This document shows positions 1 to 9,426 of a stretch of DNA of 64,000 bases, in pieces. Source of the DNA: a virus. The position numbers and the translations under genes are program-made. Each line of letters opens with the position of its first letter. Position 1 is the first letter of the stretch. Below the pieces are notes generated by a model that searched no databases, was not told the origin of the DNA, and saw only the letters and a program-made list of their open reading frames with translations. The stretch lies in the IMG/VR virus record IMGVR_UViG_3300013093_003863, positions 24,770 through 88,769 of that record; one strand, 5' to 3'.

Positions 1-55
1 AAACGCAGTGGATTGCTTGCCCAATCTCGTTGAATGTACTGGATAATATTTTTGA

Positions 56-1063
56 TCATGCGGTCAAGTTGGTCCAAAAACGAATACTGTTGCGTGCCCA
101 GATGTCAAGCAAACGTCGATCGTATTTGGCAGTGCTTCGTAATTTGGCATCGATTACGGCATACAATTCGGCACCGGTGGCACGTAGTACGCCCAAGTCC
201 GTCACATGTTCGGTCCATTGATACTGACTGTCAACCACTGTGGGAATGAATTGAGCCGACTCCAATATGGCCAAACTAAAACATTCGTTCTTGCTGGGCA
301 CAAAAGCAACACGGCACTCACTGATCAATTTGAACATTTCGTCTCGTTGATCAAGACCAAATGTGTACACATCTGCACCGGCAAATAGTTCACTGTCAGG
401 CTCGTGTGTGATCACAGTCGGGGTCACTGCCAATGCCCGTGCCATGGCCATGAATTCTCTGGCACCTTTACGATCGGTAGTGTCGCCGATGTATAACAAT
501 CCACGTGTTTGATTGGATCCTATTAGGCCTTGTGGCACAAATGGTGGCGGAGTGTAAACGGGTCTTTTGGGATGAACTTGATGACTGTAAGGAGCACACA
601 TGCCAACTCGCCATTCGGTACTGTTCACAACATCAATCTGTTGTTGCAAATATTCATCACTCAAGAAACTGTAACGCCCGTCGTTGTTCATTACATCACT
701 CTCGTGTTGTACAAATATGCCATTATGGTAATTGGCCGATGCAGCAAGGTAACTGTGCAAGTCGTGTGCAACAACCAAATCAGCCATTATACAATTTTGG
801 TTACAGACTTTGTCTATATCTTGTATAATTTGCGGATCCACCTGCAACCAAACGTGTCCGTCTCGCATGTTGGGTTGATAAGTACTGACATCGTTTGAGT
901 ATAATACAGTATCTGCACGTATCGCCTGAGTGGGCCGTGCATCGGTAATAAACACAGTTCGATACCCCATGCTCTTGTGCAAATCTAATACAGTATTGAT
1001 ATAACGCACAATGCCGTTGGGACGTACTAATACACTACTACAGGTATGAACAATAGTCTTCAA
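56..1063 (-). CDS. Putative GT-B fold glycosyltransferase
   Basis: 335 aa; C-terminal half has LLYIG...RKG...FVPSKNECFSLAILES, like the GT4 P-S-x-x-E-x-F-x-L-x-x-x-E motif; TTGA overlap with upstream gene. Confidence 0.65.
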   Translation of the reverse strand: MKTIVHTCSSVLVRPNGIVRYINTVLDLHKSMGYRTVFITDARPTQAIRADTVLYSNDVSTYQPNMRDGHVWLQVDPQIIQDIDKVCNQNCIMADLVVAHDLHSYLAASANYHNGIFVQHESDVMNNDGRYSFLSDEYLQQQIDVVNSTEWRVGMCAPYSHQVHPKRPVYTPPPFVPQGLIGSNQTRGLLYIGDTTDRKGAREFMAMARALAVTPTVITHEPDSELFAGADVYTFGLDQRDEMFKLISECRVAFVPSKNECFSLAILESAQFIPTVVDSQYQWTEHVTDLGVLRATGAELYAVIDAKLRSTAKYDRRLLDIWARNSIRFWTNLTA

Positions 1064-1326
1064 AGTGTTTTACCAACTGTTTCCAAAATTGTGTTCAATT
1101 CGTCATGATCTCTATTGGTTTCACCTAAACGTGCTTTGTGTGCAATTTTGATTGCCTTCTTTAGCGTGGCCGGTTTGATTTCTAGCTCTTCACCAATTGC
1201 CTTGATTGTTTCATTAAGCCCAGTGTTCAAGTCTTCTACTTCTTGCATTACTTGGCATCCCTCATTTATAAGTTGAGTCAATTTAATTTTTGCATCACCA
1301 TTAAACGTTCTGTTGTAATCGGACAT
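1060..1326 (-). CDS. Small helical DNA-binding protein (T4 DsbA/GapR-like)
   Basis: 88 aa, helical, EELEIKPATLKKAIKIAHK pattern; SD GGAG upstream. Confidence 0.45.
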   Translation of the reverse strand: MSDYNRTFNGDAKIKLTQLINEGCQVMQEVEDLNTGLNETIKAIGEELEIKPATLKKAIKIAHKARLGETNRDHDELNTILETVGKTL

Positions 1327-1345
1327 TTGTTTCTCCTAAAATTGT

Positions 1346-1374
1346 ATTATACGGGAGATGTTGTAGAAATGCAA
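1346..1374 (-). promoter_or_regulatory. sigma70-type promoter
   Basis: TTGCAT-17 bp-TATAAT on minus strand upstream of 1326. Confidence 0.6.
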
Positions 1375-1382
1375 TAGTAGAA

Positions 1383-1480
1383 TGCTCACTTTGTACAGAA
1401 TCTGGCGTAACTCATGTACTGGGCAGCAGCCGCCCACTTGACGCCTGGGCTTGCGCCCTAACCGTTGCGACAACGGAACC
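1383..1480 (-). ncRNA. Candidate structured RNA (four hairpins plus pseudoknot), family not identified
   Basis: Hairpins CCGUUG/CAACGG, GGGC-GCAA-GCCC, UGGGCGG/CUGCCCA, GUACA/UGUAC; GGCGU can pair with loop ACGCC; GNRA loop and G-U pair favour minus strand. Confidence 0.55.
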
Positions 1481-1707
1481 TAAGGTAGGTGTCTGTTGAC
1501 CAAATCCAATACTTCTTGTAATGTGCTTACTGCGATATCATCATTGGGGATTGTGATTTTATATTCGTCTTCGAGTCTAAACACCAACTCCATTCGAGCT
1601 AGACTGTCTATACCCAAACTGTCCAAAGTGGTGGATAAAGTCCAATTGGTGGCATCAAGATCTTGGTCCTGGGCTATAAAATCAAACAATTGTTGTGGTG
1701 TTATCAT
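1480..1707 (-). CDS. acpP: Acyl carrier protein
   Basis: LGIDSLARMELVFRLEDEYKITIP with phosphopantetheine Ser; start reassigned to ATG 1707 (75 aa). Confidence 0.85.
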   Translation of the reverse strand: MITPQQLFDFIAQDQDLDATNWTLSTTLDSLGIDSLARMELVFRLEDEYKITIPNDDIAVSTLQEVLDLVNRHLP

Positions 1708-1718
1708 ATAAATACTTA

Positions 1719-1828
1719 GTGCCGTTGCGATACGGACCGATAAAGATTTGAAGAACCTGAGGATTTTCCGTGTCTCTCCTCTGGGCAACAACGAATTGGC
1801 AGACGAGCTTCATTAATTATCACGGCAC
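1719..1828 (-). ncRNA. Candidate structured RNA (long irregular hairpin)
   Basis: Nested inverted repeats GTGCCGT/ACGGCAC, GATAA/TTATC, TGAAG/CTTCA fill the intergenic gap; strand uncertain. Confidence 0.4.
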
Positions 1829-1831
1829 GCT

Positions 1832-4800
1832 TTATGCACCACGCCACTGTGCATACAATCCAGTTACGTACATCATATCGTATTCACCATAATAGAGTTT
1901 GTTTAATTCGGTTTTTACTGCTGGAGTCAATGATCCGGTACCGGGCACCACGTCAAAAGCAAAAATCATATTGCCATCTTCGTCGTCTCCAAGATAGTCA
2001 CCGCCCAATCGTCCCATTACAATATCAATATTTTTATCAACTATCGCGTTTCTTCTTTTTGCCCTTGCAAGATCATCGGCATTTTTTTGTTTGTGTAACT
2101 TTTTATATTTAAGATCACTATTTTCCAATTCTACGTAGCCGCGAACTTCAACCCCGGGAATTTGTGCTAGACTCATCCAATTACGTTTACCGCCGGGTGT
2201 TTGTTGTGATCCAGCAAGCAAGGTTATTTTTAATATGCTTAGTGCAACACCATACAGGGCTTTGGCAATGCCCTGTCCTCGATAATCTTCATCCACTGTG
2301 ACGGTACTCACTTGGTATGCATTATTGATAGGAAAACCTACCCGCATCAATTTCAATTGTCCGACGGCTTCTTGCCCTGATTGATCTAATATTCTTATTT
2401 CTAAAAAACGCCCAGTGTCAATGGTGGCATAATTTAATCCACTGCCACCCGGTAACGGTTTTATATTCTTTTGGCTTACTGCCCTGGGATCGGTATACCT
2501 AGGATGTTTTAACACATCTTTACCACCTGTATATTGATATGATTGTAAATTTTCAATTTCGGTTATCTCGTCTTCGCTTATGGCACCGATACCTATACCA
2601 ATACCGGCACTAGCCAATGTATATTTTACAGTGTCGATCCAGTTTTTGCCGTTGACTCGACTCACCACAGTAGGTATAACAGTATTCAATACTGCCTGTA
2701 ACAACATGTTGGTCTGTGCTGGAGAAAGTTGTACATTTTGCGCTATATGCAACAAGCCACCAGTTAATAGTGTACCAATGGTTGTTATTACACCACCTTG
2801 TATATAAGGATTTGTTTTGGCTTTGACTAGAATTTCTTTAACTTGTCCACGAACTGAAGGATCGGCTTTGGCTAATAATGCTTGTGCTTGTTCAACGTAA
2901 TTGTCAACAGGTTGTCGAGCGACTTCGCCAACCTCATCTTGGTAAAAATCTATTACAGCATCAGTAACTTGATTAGCAACTTCGGATTCAAATAAACTTT
3001 CATCTACGGCACGTGCATACTCTGTAGCATGTCCACTGCGGTCTACATGCCAAGCATAAAATCTAATATCAGGATATTCTTGGTGTAACTTTAAAAATGA
3101 TTCCAAATTGGGCTTTGAATCATCGTACATAATTGCTTTGTTATAAGGATATCCTGTTAACAATCTACGTATAATACGTGCTTTCTTTTCATCAATTGGC
3201 ACAGGATCTTGATCATTTCCTGCACGGTACACATGTACCTTGTTCATATCTATGTGCCATTGTTCAAATGTTTTTAAGAATATTTCTTTATTGTTAAAGT
3301 CACTTCTAGCAGTAACCATTACAACTTTATTACCGGTTGCAATATCATTTTTCAATTGCTCAATCATGGGTGCAATTGGTTGTGCATGTTTGAAAAAGTC
3401 TTCGGCATCTCTAAATGCACCAAAGTCAAATTCTTCGCCGGGTTGCTTTTTGTACAATGTAAACTCGTGACTGTCTAGGGTCTTGACAGTTTTACCATTG
3501 CGAACTACACCAACTCGAGTATTAGTAGTTACTAGCGTATCGTCAATGTCAAATATAACTAATTTCTTTTCGCCAACAGCTTCGTCAACGCCTTCTTTGG
3601 CATGTTTCTTTTTGCCAGCTTTCATATTAGCCAACCAGTGTGCCATACGAGCTTTCTCTCCCGTACTATGTTTGGCCGTTTTACGTAGGCTACTTACACT
3701 TGCTTTAGTATTAACACCACTGCGTTTAGCCAATCCTTTGCGTCCAGGATGCTTACCATCGGCAAAGTTTTCGCTCATGATCCAAGTGTCGGGAATTTGT
3801 TTATACTTTTCTACCCAGAGATCATGCATTTTTTGTCCGCTTATACCATGACTCTTGGCTACACGTGTCATGATCTTGTCTATGATATCGTATACTTTGT
3901 CGTCATTGTCGTCGACTGCTTGTATCTGTTTTTTATGTGCTTCCAATGCGGCACGTAATTCTTCTACGGCATCTTTATCTTTGTCATGATCCATGTTTTC
4001 GTCTACTTTGTTTTGACTTTGAACATAGTCAATAGCGGATTGTACTATGACTTGATCTATCCCGAGACAGTTTTTGCGATCGCTATAGCCCTGTTTATCC
4101 ATTGCGTGGAGATAGGGATATATTCCTTGGATTTTTGGGAATAGTCCCATTTGCCAGGCCAGCTCAAAACTTATTTCTCCCCTTGGACTATACCATTCGG
4201 GATCATGACGCCATTTAATTCCAAAATTGGGTTTGACACCGTTGGGCCCTTTCACTGGTGGACCGTTATAAAATACTCCGGCACTGTTAAATTCAAGACG
4301 TGTATTATTGAAGGTCATCATGTATTCGCCATCACCTTTAGACCACATGCGATAATTCATTTTATTTAACAGTGCCACAACTGCGGGATCTTGTGAGGGA
4401 TCTTGTGCGGGTGCTTCTTTAAGAGGTGGAGCCGGTCTAAATTCAAACATGTCGGCTTCAACGTCCGAATACTTGCTGACAAGTTTTGCTATAACAGGAT
4501 CCATTGCCTTGTAGGGAATGTTGTGTGCTATTTGAATTGGTTTAGCGTTGGGTCGGCGTAGATTTAGATAAAGATTGATTCTGTCAGGATGTATGATTTT
4601 ACCTTCGTCGACATCATTTTCCCAGACATTTTGTTCGGGACGATGTTTAGCCCAAAAGCCGGCGCCAGCATCAGTTTGTTGCCCACTGCGGCGGATTTTA
4701 TAGCCTTTGCTTTTCACATAGTCATACATGGTTTGAGCAATGCCTTGCCCACGATAGCGTTCTTCAACTTCTAGGTCTTGTGGTAGTAATTCGTCACCAT

Positions 4801-5332
4801 CAAAAGCAAATAACACATGACCCAACTCACGACCGTTGCTTGTAGCCGTAACATACATTACTTGATTATCGTAATCGTCATCATCAACGTATTCATCGTC
4901 TTTTTGTATTTCAATAGAAATATCTATACCGTTAAATGCTTCTTCAGTTATGCCACTTTTTTTTAAACCAAAGTATTCGGGATTGGCCTCGGCAAAGTCA
5001 CGCATGACAACACCGGCATTGGCATTGGCTTCGTTTTCTTGTGGAGTACCAGTTTCGCCTGCAGCTGCAGTCAACTCTCCGGCTAAGTTTTGTTTATGAT
5101 GTGTTAGTTCGTGTGCAAGAGTGCGTAGCACATCTATGGGATTGCGATTGGCAATGACAACATTTAGTGTTTTTGTTTCTGGGTTATACTGCCCAAAAGT
5201 TGTATCAACAGGAGCATCTAGCAATGTGATTTCAGGAAGTTCTTTAATTCCCAATTGCTCAGCGATCCAAGGAATGTACTTTTGTACAAATGCCCGGTTG
5301 TCGCTTTCTTTAGAATACTCTTTTGCTCGCAT
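1832..5332 (-). CDS. Polyvalent multidomain protein: zincin-like peptidase, two GNAT acetyltransferases, HAD phosphatase and unknown modules
   Basis: LAHELTH (HExxH); VEERYRGQGIA and VDEDYRGQGIA (GNAT motif A); IFDIDDTL...VTAR...YDD (HAD motifs). Confidence 0.8.
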   Translation of the reverse strand: MRAKEYSKESDNRAFVQKYIPWIAEQLGIKELPEITLLDAPVDTTFGQYNPETKTLNVVIANRNPIDVLRTLAHELTHHKQNLAGELTAAAGETGTPQENEANANAGVVMRDFAEANPEYFGLKKSGITEEAFNGIDISIEIQKDDEYVDDDDYDNQVMYVTATSNGRELGHVLFAFDGDELLPQDLEVEERYRGQGIAQTMYDYVKSKGYKIRRSGQQTDAGAGFWAKHRPEQNVWENDVDEGKIIHPDRINLYLNLRRPNAKPIQIAHNIPYKAMDPVIAKLVSKYSDVEADMFEFRPAPPLKEAPAQDPSQDPAVVALLNKMNYRMWSKGDGEYMMTFNNTRLEFNSAGVFYNGPPVKGPNGVKPNFGIKWRHDPEWYSPRGEISFELAWQMGLFPKIQGIYPYLHAMDKQGYSDRKNCLGIDQVIVQSAIDYVQSQNKVDENMDHDKDKDAVEELRAALEAHKKQIQAVDDNDDKVYDIIDKIMTRVAKSHGISGQKMHDLWVEKYKQIPDTWIMSENFADGKHPGRKGLAKRSGVNTKASVSSLRKTAKHSTGEKARMAHWLANMKAGKKKHAKEGVDEAVGEKKLVIFDIDDTLVTTNTRVGVVRNGKTVKTLDSHEFTLYKKQPGEEFDFGAFRDAEDFFKHAQPIAPMIEQLKNDIATGNKVVMVTARSDFNNKEIFLKTFEQWHIDMNKVHVYRAGNDQDPVPIDEKKARIIRRLLTGYPYNKAIMYDDSKPNLESFLKLHQEYPDIRFYAWHVDRSGHATEYARAVDESLFESEVANQVTDAVIDFYQDEVGEVARQPVDNYVEQAQALLAKADPSVRGQVKEILVKAKTNPYIQGGVITTIGTLLTGGLLHIAQNVQLSPAQTNMLLQAVLNTVIPTVVSRVNGKNWIDTVKYTLASAGIGIGIGAISEDEITEIENLQSYQYTGGKDVLKHPRYTDPRAVSQKNIKPLPGGSGLNYATIDTGRFLEIRILDQSGQEAVGQLKLMRVGFPINNAYQVSTVTVDEDYRGQGIAKALYGVALSILKITLLAGSQQTPGGKRNWMSLAQIPGVEVRGYVELENSDLKYKKLHKQKNADDLARAKRRNAIVDKNIDIVMGRLGGDYLGDDEDGNMIFAFDVVPGTGSLTPAVKTELNKLYYGEYDMMYVTGLYAQWRGA

Positions 5333-5341
5333 AATGAGTAT

Positions 5342-6538
5342 TTAGTGGAACATCAAGAAGCTATTCATAACATCACGTCGATTAGCTGCTCTGTCGCCGT
5401 GTCCGCTGGCAAATACTACCACATTCCATTTACGTACTGGTCCTACTGGAATTTTCAACATTTCATCGTAGCTGATAATAGTATTGGGACGTATAGGTTG
5501 ACTACTTTCCGCACCAAACGTTTTAATTAAACGTTGTTTAAATTCTTCCCAAGCTTCGGGTGATTTAAATTGTGTACGCCCTTCGGCATCCTTGATGGCC
5601 TTGCCTTTGGGATTGGTTACAATCAAGTCTCTAAACATATCTTTAGGCACTTCAAATGCTTGTTTAACTGTACCGCCACCGGCAATGTGTTGCTTGATTG
5701 GTTTGACTTCGCGACTTTTAGCTCCGCCACTGTGCTGAATTTCAAAGTTGTCGGGCAAGTTGGCCAATGCTGCCATGGCCATCTTGGTATAAGCATAAAA
5801 ATCCACATCCGGATAGTCACGTGCTACTTGTAATGCCATGTCTAAATATTCTTTACTGAAGAAGTCACCAGCATCATGCCAACGTACTACAAGTTTCATT
5901 CCTTTAGCAGCAAGTCCGCTTTTGATTTTATCAATGTTGGCTCGTAACATAGCAAACCACTCTTCGGGATGATTAATCAAAAAGTTAAGACTACGAGCAG
6001 CACTCATGCTACTGGCCGGGAACATTACATAGCCGCCTTTTCGTGCATAACAAAACAGTTGACAAGCACCGGCTCCGGGACAGGTTACAATTTCCACAAA
6101 GTCACCGGTCGCTTCGTCCATGATAATTCCGGCCAGCGCAGGTAGTGTTAGGTCCAATACTACCTCGCCCTCAGTGGCACTTTTTAACATTTTGGCGTTG
6201 GGACTGTCCAGTATGCTTTTGGGTCTAGCCATTATTTGTCTAGCCAAGTCATCTAAATCCCATTCATTGACCGGATTGCCTTCATCATCCACTTGATCAT
6301 CTTTGGTAATGGCCTTGATATTACTGCCATGTATTATACCAGCAAAACGATCTTGTTTGGTTTGAGTGTCGGTCTTGATTCGTTCAGCGCGACTTTGCAT
6401 TGTGCCACGATCAAGTCTACGATGCGGAGCATTTAGTCCAATGGCTTCATCAACTTCGCCGCCGATGTGTAGGGGCTTGACTGTGAATCCACCTAGTTTG
6501 GTGCCCTTGGATTCGATTAAAAATTCACTTGCTCTCAT
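5342..6538 (-). CDS. GP88-like Cys-cluster (radical-SAM-related) phage protein
   Basis: CPGAGACQLFCYARKG, VRWHDAGDFFS, FYAYTK; start MRASEFL overlaps Dps stop (ATGA). Confidence 0.65.
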   Translation of the reverse strand: MRASEFLIESKGTKLGGFTVKPLHIGGEVDEAIGLNAPHRRLDRGTMQSRAERIKTDTQTKQDRFAGIIHGSNIKAITKDDQVDDEGNPVNEWDLDDLARQIMARPKSILDSPNAKMLKSATEGEVVLDLTLPALAGIIMDEATGDFVEIVTCPGAGACQLFCYARKGGYVMFPASSMSAARSLNFLINHPEEWFAMLRANIDKIKSGLAAKGMKLVVRWHDAGDFFSKEYLDMALQVARDYPDVDFYAYTKMAMAALANLPDNFEIQHSGGAKSREVKPIKQHIAGGGTVKQAFEVPKDMFRDLIVTNPKGKAIKDAEGRTQFKSPEAWEEFKQRLIKTFGAESSQPIRPNTIISYDEMLKIPVGPVRKWNVVVFASGHGDRAANRRDVMNSFLMFH

Positions 6539-6972
6539 TTTGCTGTTGCTCGTAGCATCCATGCATGTTTACGGAACGCATCAATACGTTCGGCCAAAAA
6601 GTTACTGAATCCATGTTCGCCAGCCGATTCGGCCAAGTCATAGACAACTTTGATTATGCCTATCATGTGTTCGGCATCTTCTAGTAATACGAGCACCATT
6701 TCTTCTGGTGGAAGAATTTGTGTTTCGTCTGCAATTTCGGTTAATGCACTGAAGCGTGTGTAACTGGCTGGAACATATCCACCACTTTTGCGAATGTTTT
6801 CGGCAAAATCGTCAATGCTACCGTAAACTTCCTCGTATATTTTTTGAAATAGTTTGTGGTATTGATAAAATGCAGCACCTTCTACGTTCCAGTGAAAGTT
6901 GTGACTTTTTAAATAAAAACTAAAACTGCTGGCAAAAGCAATTTTAGAGGAGTTAATTAATTCTTCGTTCAT
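6535..6972 (-). CDS. dps: Dps family ferritin-like DNA protection protein
   Basis: KSHNFHWNVEG, HKLFQKIYEE, DDFAENIR, KHAWML. Confidence 0.92.
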   Translation of the reverse strand: MNEELINSSKIAFASSFSFYLKSHNFHWNVEGAAFYQYHKLFQKIYEEVYGSIDDFAENIRKSGGYVPASYTRFSALTEIADETQILPPEEMVLVLLEDAEHMIGIIKVVYDLAESAGEHGFSNFLAERIDAFRKHAWMLRATAK

Positions 6973-6981
6973 AATGTATAT

Positions 6982-9426
6982 TTAGTCAAAGTATCCGGCA
7001 CGTCGCATTTCGGCCAAACGCACTGCCATTAAACGTTGTTGGCGACGTTCAGCAATGCCCATGGGCTTTTGATATTGGCTGGTCATTGGAGTAGGCCCGG
7101 ACAATTTAGAAACATTTACACGTTGATTGCCGGGCGGAACTGGACTTGATGAATCATCGGGACCGGCTCCCACTGCAGGATCTGCAGCATTGTACTCGTT
7201 CAATTCAATTCCGTAGTGTTTGCATACTTTTAACAATTCGTCGTATGTGAGTAATTCTAAATGACTTACATCCACTTTGTGCTTTAACTGGTCAATCAAG
7301 GACTGTCTACTGGGACCATCTTCGTCAAGACCGGGTGTTCCGGGAATAGCACTTGTACTATCGTTTGGAACCATATGGCCATCCGCATATTCCATTACTT
7401 GCCCTTGGCCATGCCAAGCATCACCTTCACCGTGCCATGAATCTTCGTCGACGTCGTTTTCGTTCATGCCCATGGCATTGTCGATTCTGGTTTCGGCTTT
7501 GGTTTTATAGTAGTATTTGGGTCCGCCTTCTTTGGGATCAACAGCTCGCCACATGAACAATTCTTTGCCGTCTACGTTCATCAACTTGGCAGCACCCGGC
7601 ACTGACATTTCTCTTGGGGCATGATGAAACGAATAGCCTTTATAGTCAATGTCTTGGTTGCCCATCATGCCAGCAACACCGGCTGCACCCAATGTAAATG
7701 CACCCAGTGCGTTTGCAAATTTGCCTTCTTCTACACCTTCAACTGTTGGTGGTTTGCCAGTAATGTACATTTTCCACTCTTTTCCAGTTTGTGCAGTTTT
7801 ACGAGCACACATCTCTCGCATCTTTTGTTTTTGTTCAAACCATGCTTTACTGTTTTCGGGACCGGCACCGGGAAAAATCTTCCAAGTACGCCCATTGATC
7901 TGTATTTCAATGTTGGCAGTGCCCATTGGCTCGTCCTGACCTTTTTTGTGGCCTAATACTTGTTTACCAAATTTGGCAGTGTGTGGTTCAAATTCTGCTT
8001 CAGCTACACCTTGCTCTTTAATTTTTAAATTTTTAAATTGATTCATGCTACTGCCAAACATATTGTCAATTGCAGCTCTTGTTCTTTCTTGGTCTTGCCG
8101 TTTTTGCTCGCGTCTATCTGCGGTGGCTTGTTTTTTGGTGCCCGTTTTAATAGTCGTCATCATGTGGTCAAAAGGCTTATCGCCTGTGGTCTCAGCCACA
8201 TCTCGCTCGTATCCGGTTTCTTCAGCTGCACCGCCAGCGTCGTGTGCCAATTGTTGTATAGCCGCCCAATACTTACGTGGAGCCGTCATGTCATCGCCAT
8301 GCCAGCTGATCGCTTTGCCGAATTTGGCCATTACTTGATTGTAGGCCTTTTCACTGTCAACGCCAAATGTTACGGTATCATATGATCCTTCCGCCACATC
8401 CTGTTGTTTAAGAACAAACACACGTGCAGGACTAATAGGTGATTGACCTGCTCGTTGTGATTTTACTAAGACTTGCCAACTTCCAGTCATCATTTCTGGT
8501 TCACTAACTACTACACCTCGGTCCCAATACTGTTTATCATCTCTTGGAGGATTTGGTAGCATGTCTTTTGGGCCTAACCATAACATTACATGAGTTCCTG
8601 GTTGTAGTCTTGATTGTGACCCTTCCGCTACGCCCTGTTGTTCTCTAACTGCAGGATTGTCAATCTGTTGTGCCACTGCAGTCAAGCCTTCGTTGCCGTT
8701 GGTGATCTTTTTGTACATCCATGCTTCTAGTGGTACGCCCTGTTTAACAGATCGGTAAATCTTTTTTGCAGCCTCGGCTATGGCCCGTAGTTCGCCCAGT
8801 GCCATACCGTCCAGTTGTTCATCTTCCATGGCATAGGCTTCTGTGCCTCCGGTCATCATGGCTTCTTCTACACTCTCACCTAAATCACTGCCTTGAAATT
8901 CTATGTGGTCATATGGACTCCAGGGTTGGCCTGTACGACTGTCTACCTCTTCACCGTTCTCGCCATCATCAGCATATTCATAGTAATCATGACTGGCCAT
9001 GTCTACACCATCAAAATCTGCGTTGTAGTCAATGTAGTATTTTCTTACCTTGCCATCAGGACAATGTACGCCACGACTCAATATTTTTTCCACTGCCACT
9101 TGTGCATCAATAACCTTCTTCATTGGGCTACCACCTTTTCGGGCTATGTCTGCCAATAGGCTCAGATCCTGTGTGTACCAAGCCTGTGCCAAAGCATGTA
9201 GATAACCCATACCATTGTCACCACCGCCGTATTCGGGACTGGGTGCAAATTCTTTTAAAGGTTTATTTTTAACACAGTTATTGACCTTGACCTCTTTGCC
9301 ATAAGTGGGACTGGCCTTTGATCCTTCTTTGTGCCAACCGGTGCGGCAGTGTTCACGATTGCGTTGTGCTTGAGTGCGTTTGGCTTCTGCAATGCTCATG
9401 GCATCTACAATATCATTTAAAAACAT
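6982..9426 (-). CDS. Large modular protein, probable virion/head cargo
   Basis: 814 aa; repeated QQGVAEG/QQDVAEG/EQGVAEA linkers; TAATG coupling with upstream gene. Confidence 0.6.
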   Translation of the reverse strand: MFLNDIVDAMSIAEAKRTQAQRNREHCRTGWHKEGSKASPTYGKEVKVNNCVKNKPLKEFAPSPEYGGGDNGMGYLHALAQAWYTQDLSLLADIARKGGSPMKKVIDAQVAVEKILSRGVHCPDGKVRKYYIDYNADFDGVDMASHDYYEYADDGENGEEVDSRTGQPWSPYDHIEFQGSDLGESVEEAMMTGGTEAYAMEDEQLDGMALGELRAIAEAAKKIYRSVKQGVPLEAWMYKKITNGNEGLTAVAQQIDNPAVREQQGVAEGSQSRLQPGTHVMLWLGPKDMLPNPPRDDKQYWDRGVVVSEPEMMTGSWQVLVKSQRAGQSPISPARVFVLKQQDVAEGSYDTVTFGVDSEKAYNQVMAKFGKAISWHGDDMTAPRKYWAAIQQLAHDAGGAAEETGYERDVAETTGDKPFDHMMTTIKTGTKKQATADRREQKRQDQERTRAAIDNMFGSSMNQFKNLKIKEQGVAEAEFEPHTAKFGKQVLGHKKGQDEPMGTANIEIQINGRTWKIFPGAGPENSKAWFEQKQKMREMCARKTAQTGKEWKMYITGKPPTVEGVEEGKFANALGAFTLGAAGVAGMMGNQDIDYKGYSFHHAPREMSVPGAAKLMNVDGKELFMWRAVDPKEGGPKYYYKTKAETRIDNAMGMNENDVDEDSWHGEGDAWHGQGQVMEYADGHMVPNDSTSAIPGTPGLDEDGPSRQSLIDQLKHKVDVSHLELLTYDELLKVCKHYGIELNEYNAADPAVGAGPDDSSSPVPPGNQRVNVSKLSGPTPMTSQYQKPMGIAERRQQRLMAVRLAEMRRAGYFD

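Noticed and set aside
1393-1410. Plus-strand ACAGAATCTGGCGTA resembles the RNase P RNA 3' conserved region
   Set aside because: No upstream GAGGAAAGUCC partner to form P4, and the hairpin features favour the minus strand.
1383-1480. Assignment to twister, pistol, HDV-like ribozyme or SRP RNA
   Set aside because: The core conserved nucleotides of those families could not be matched by eye; left unassigned.
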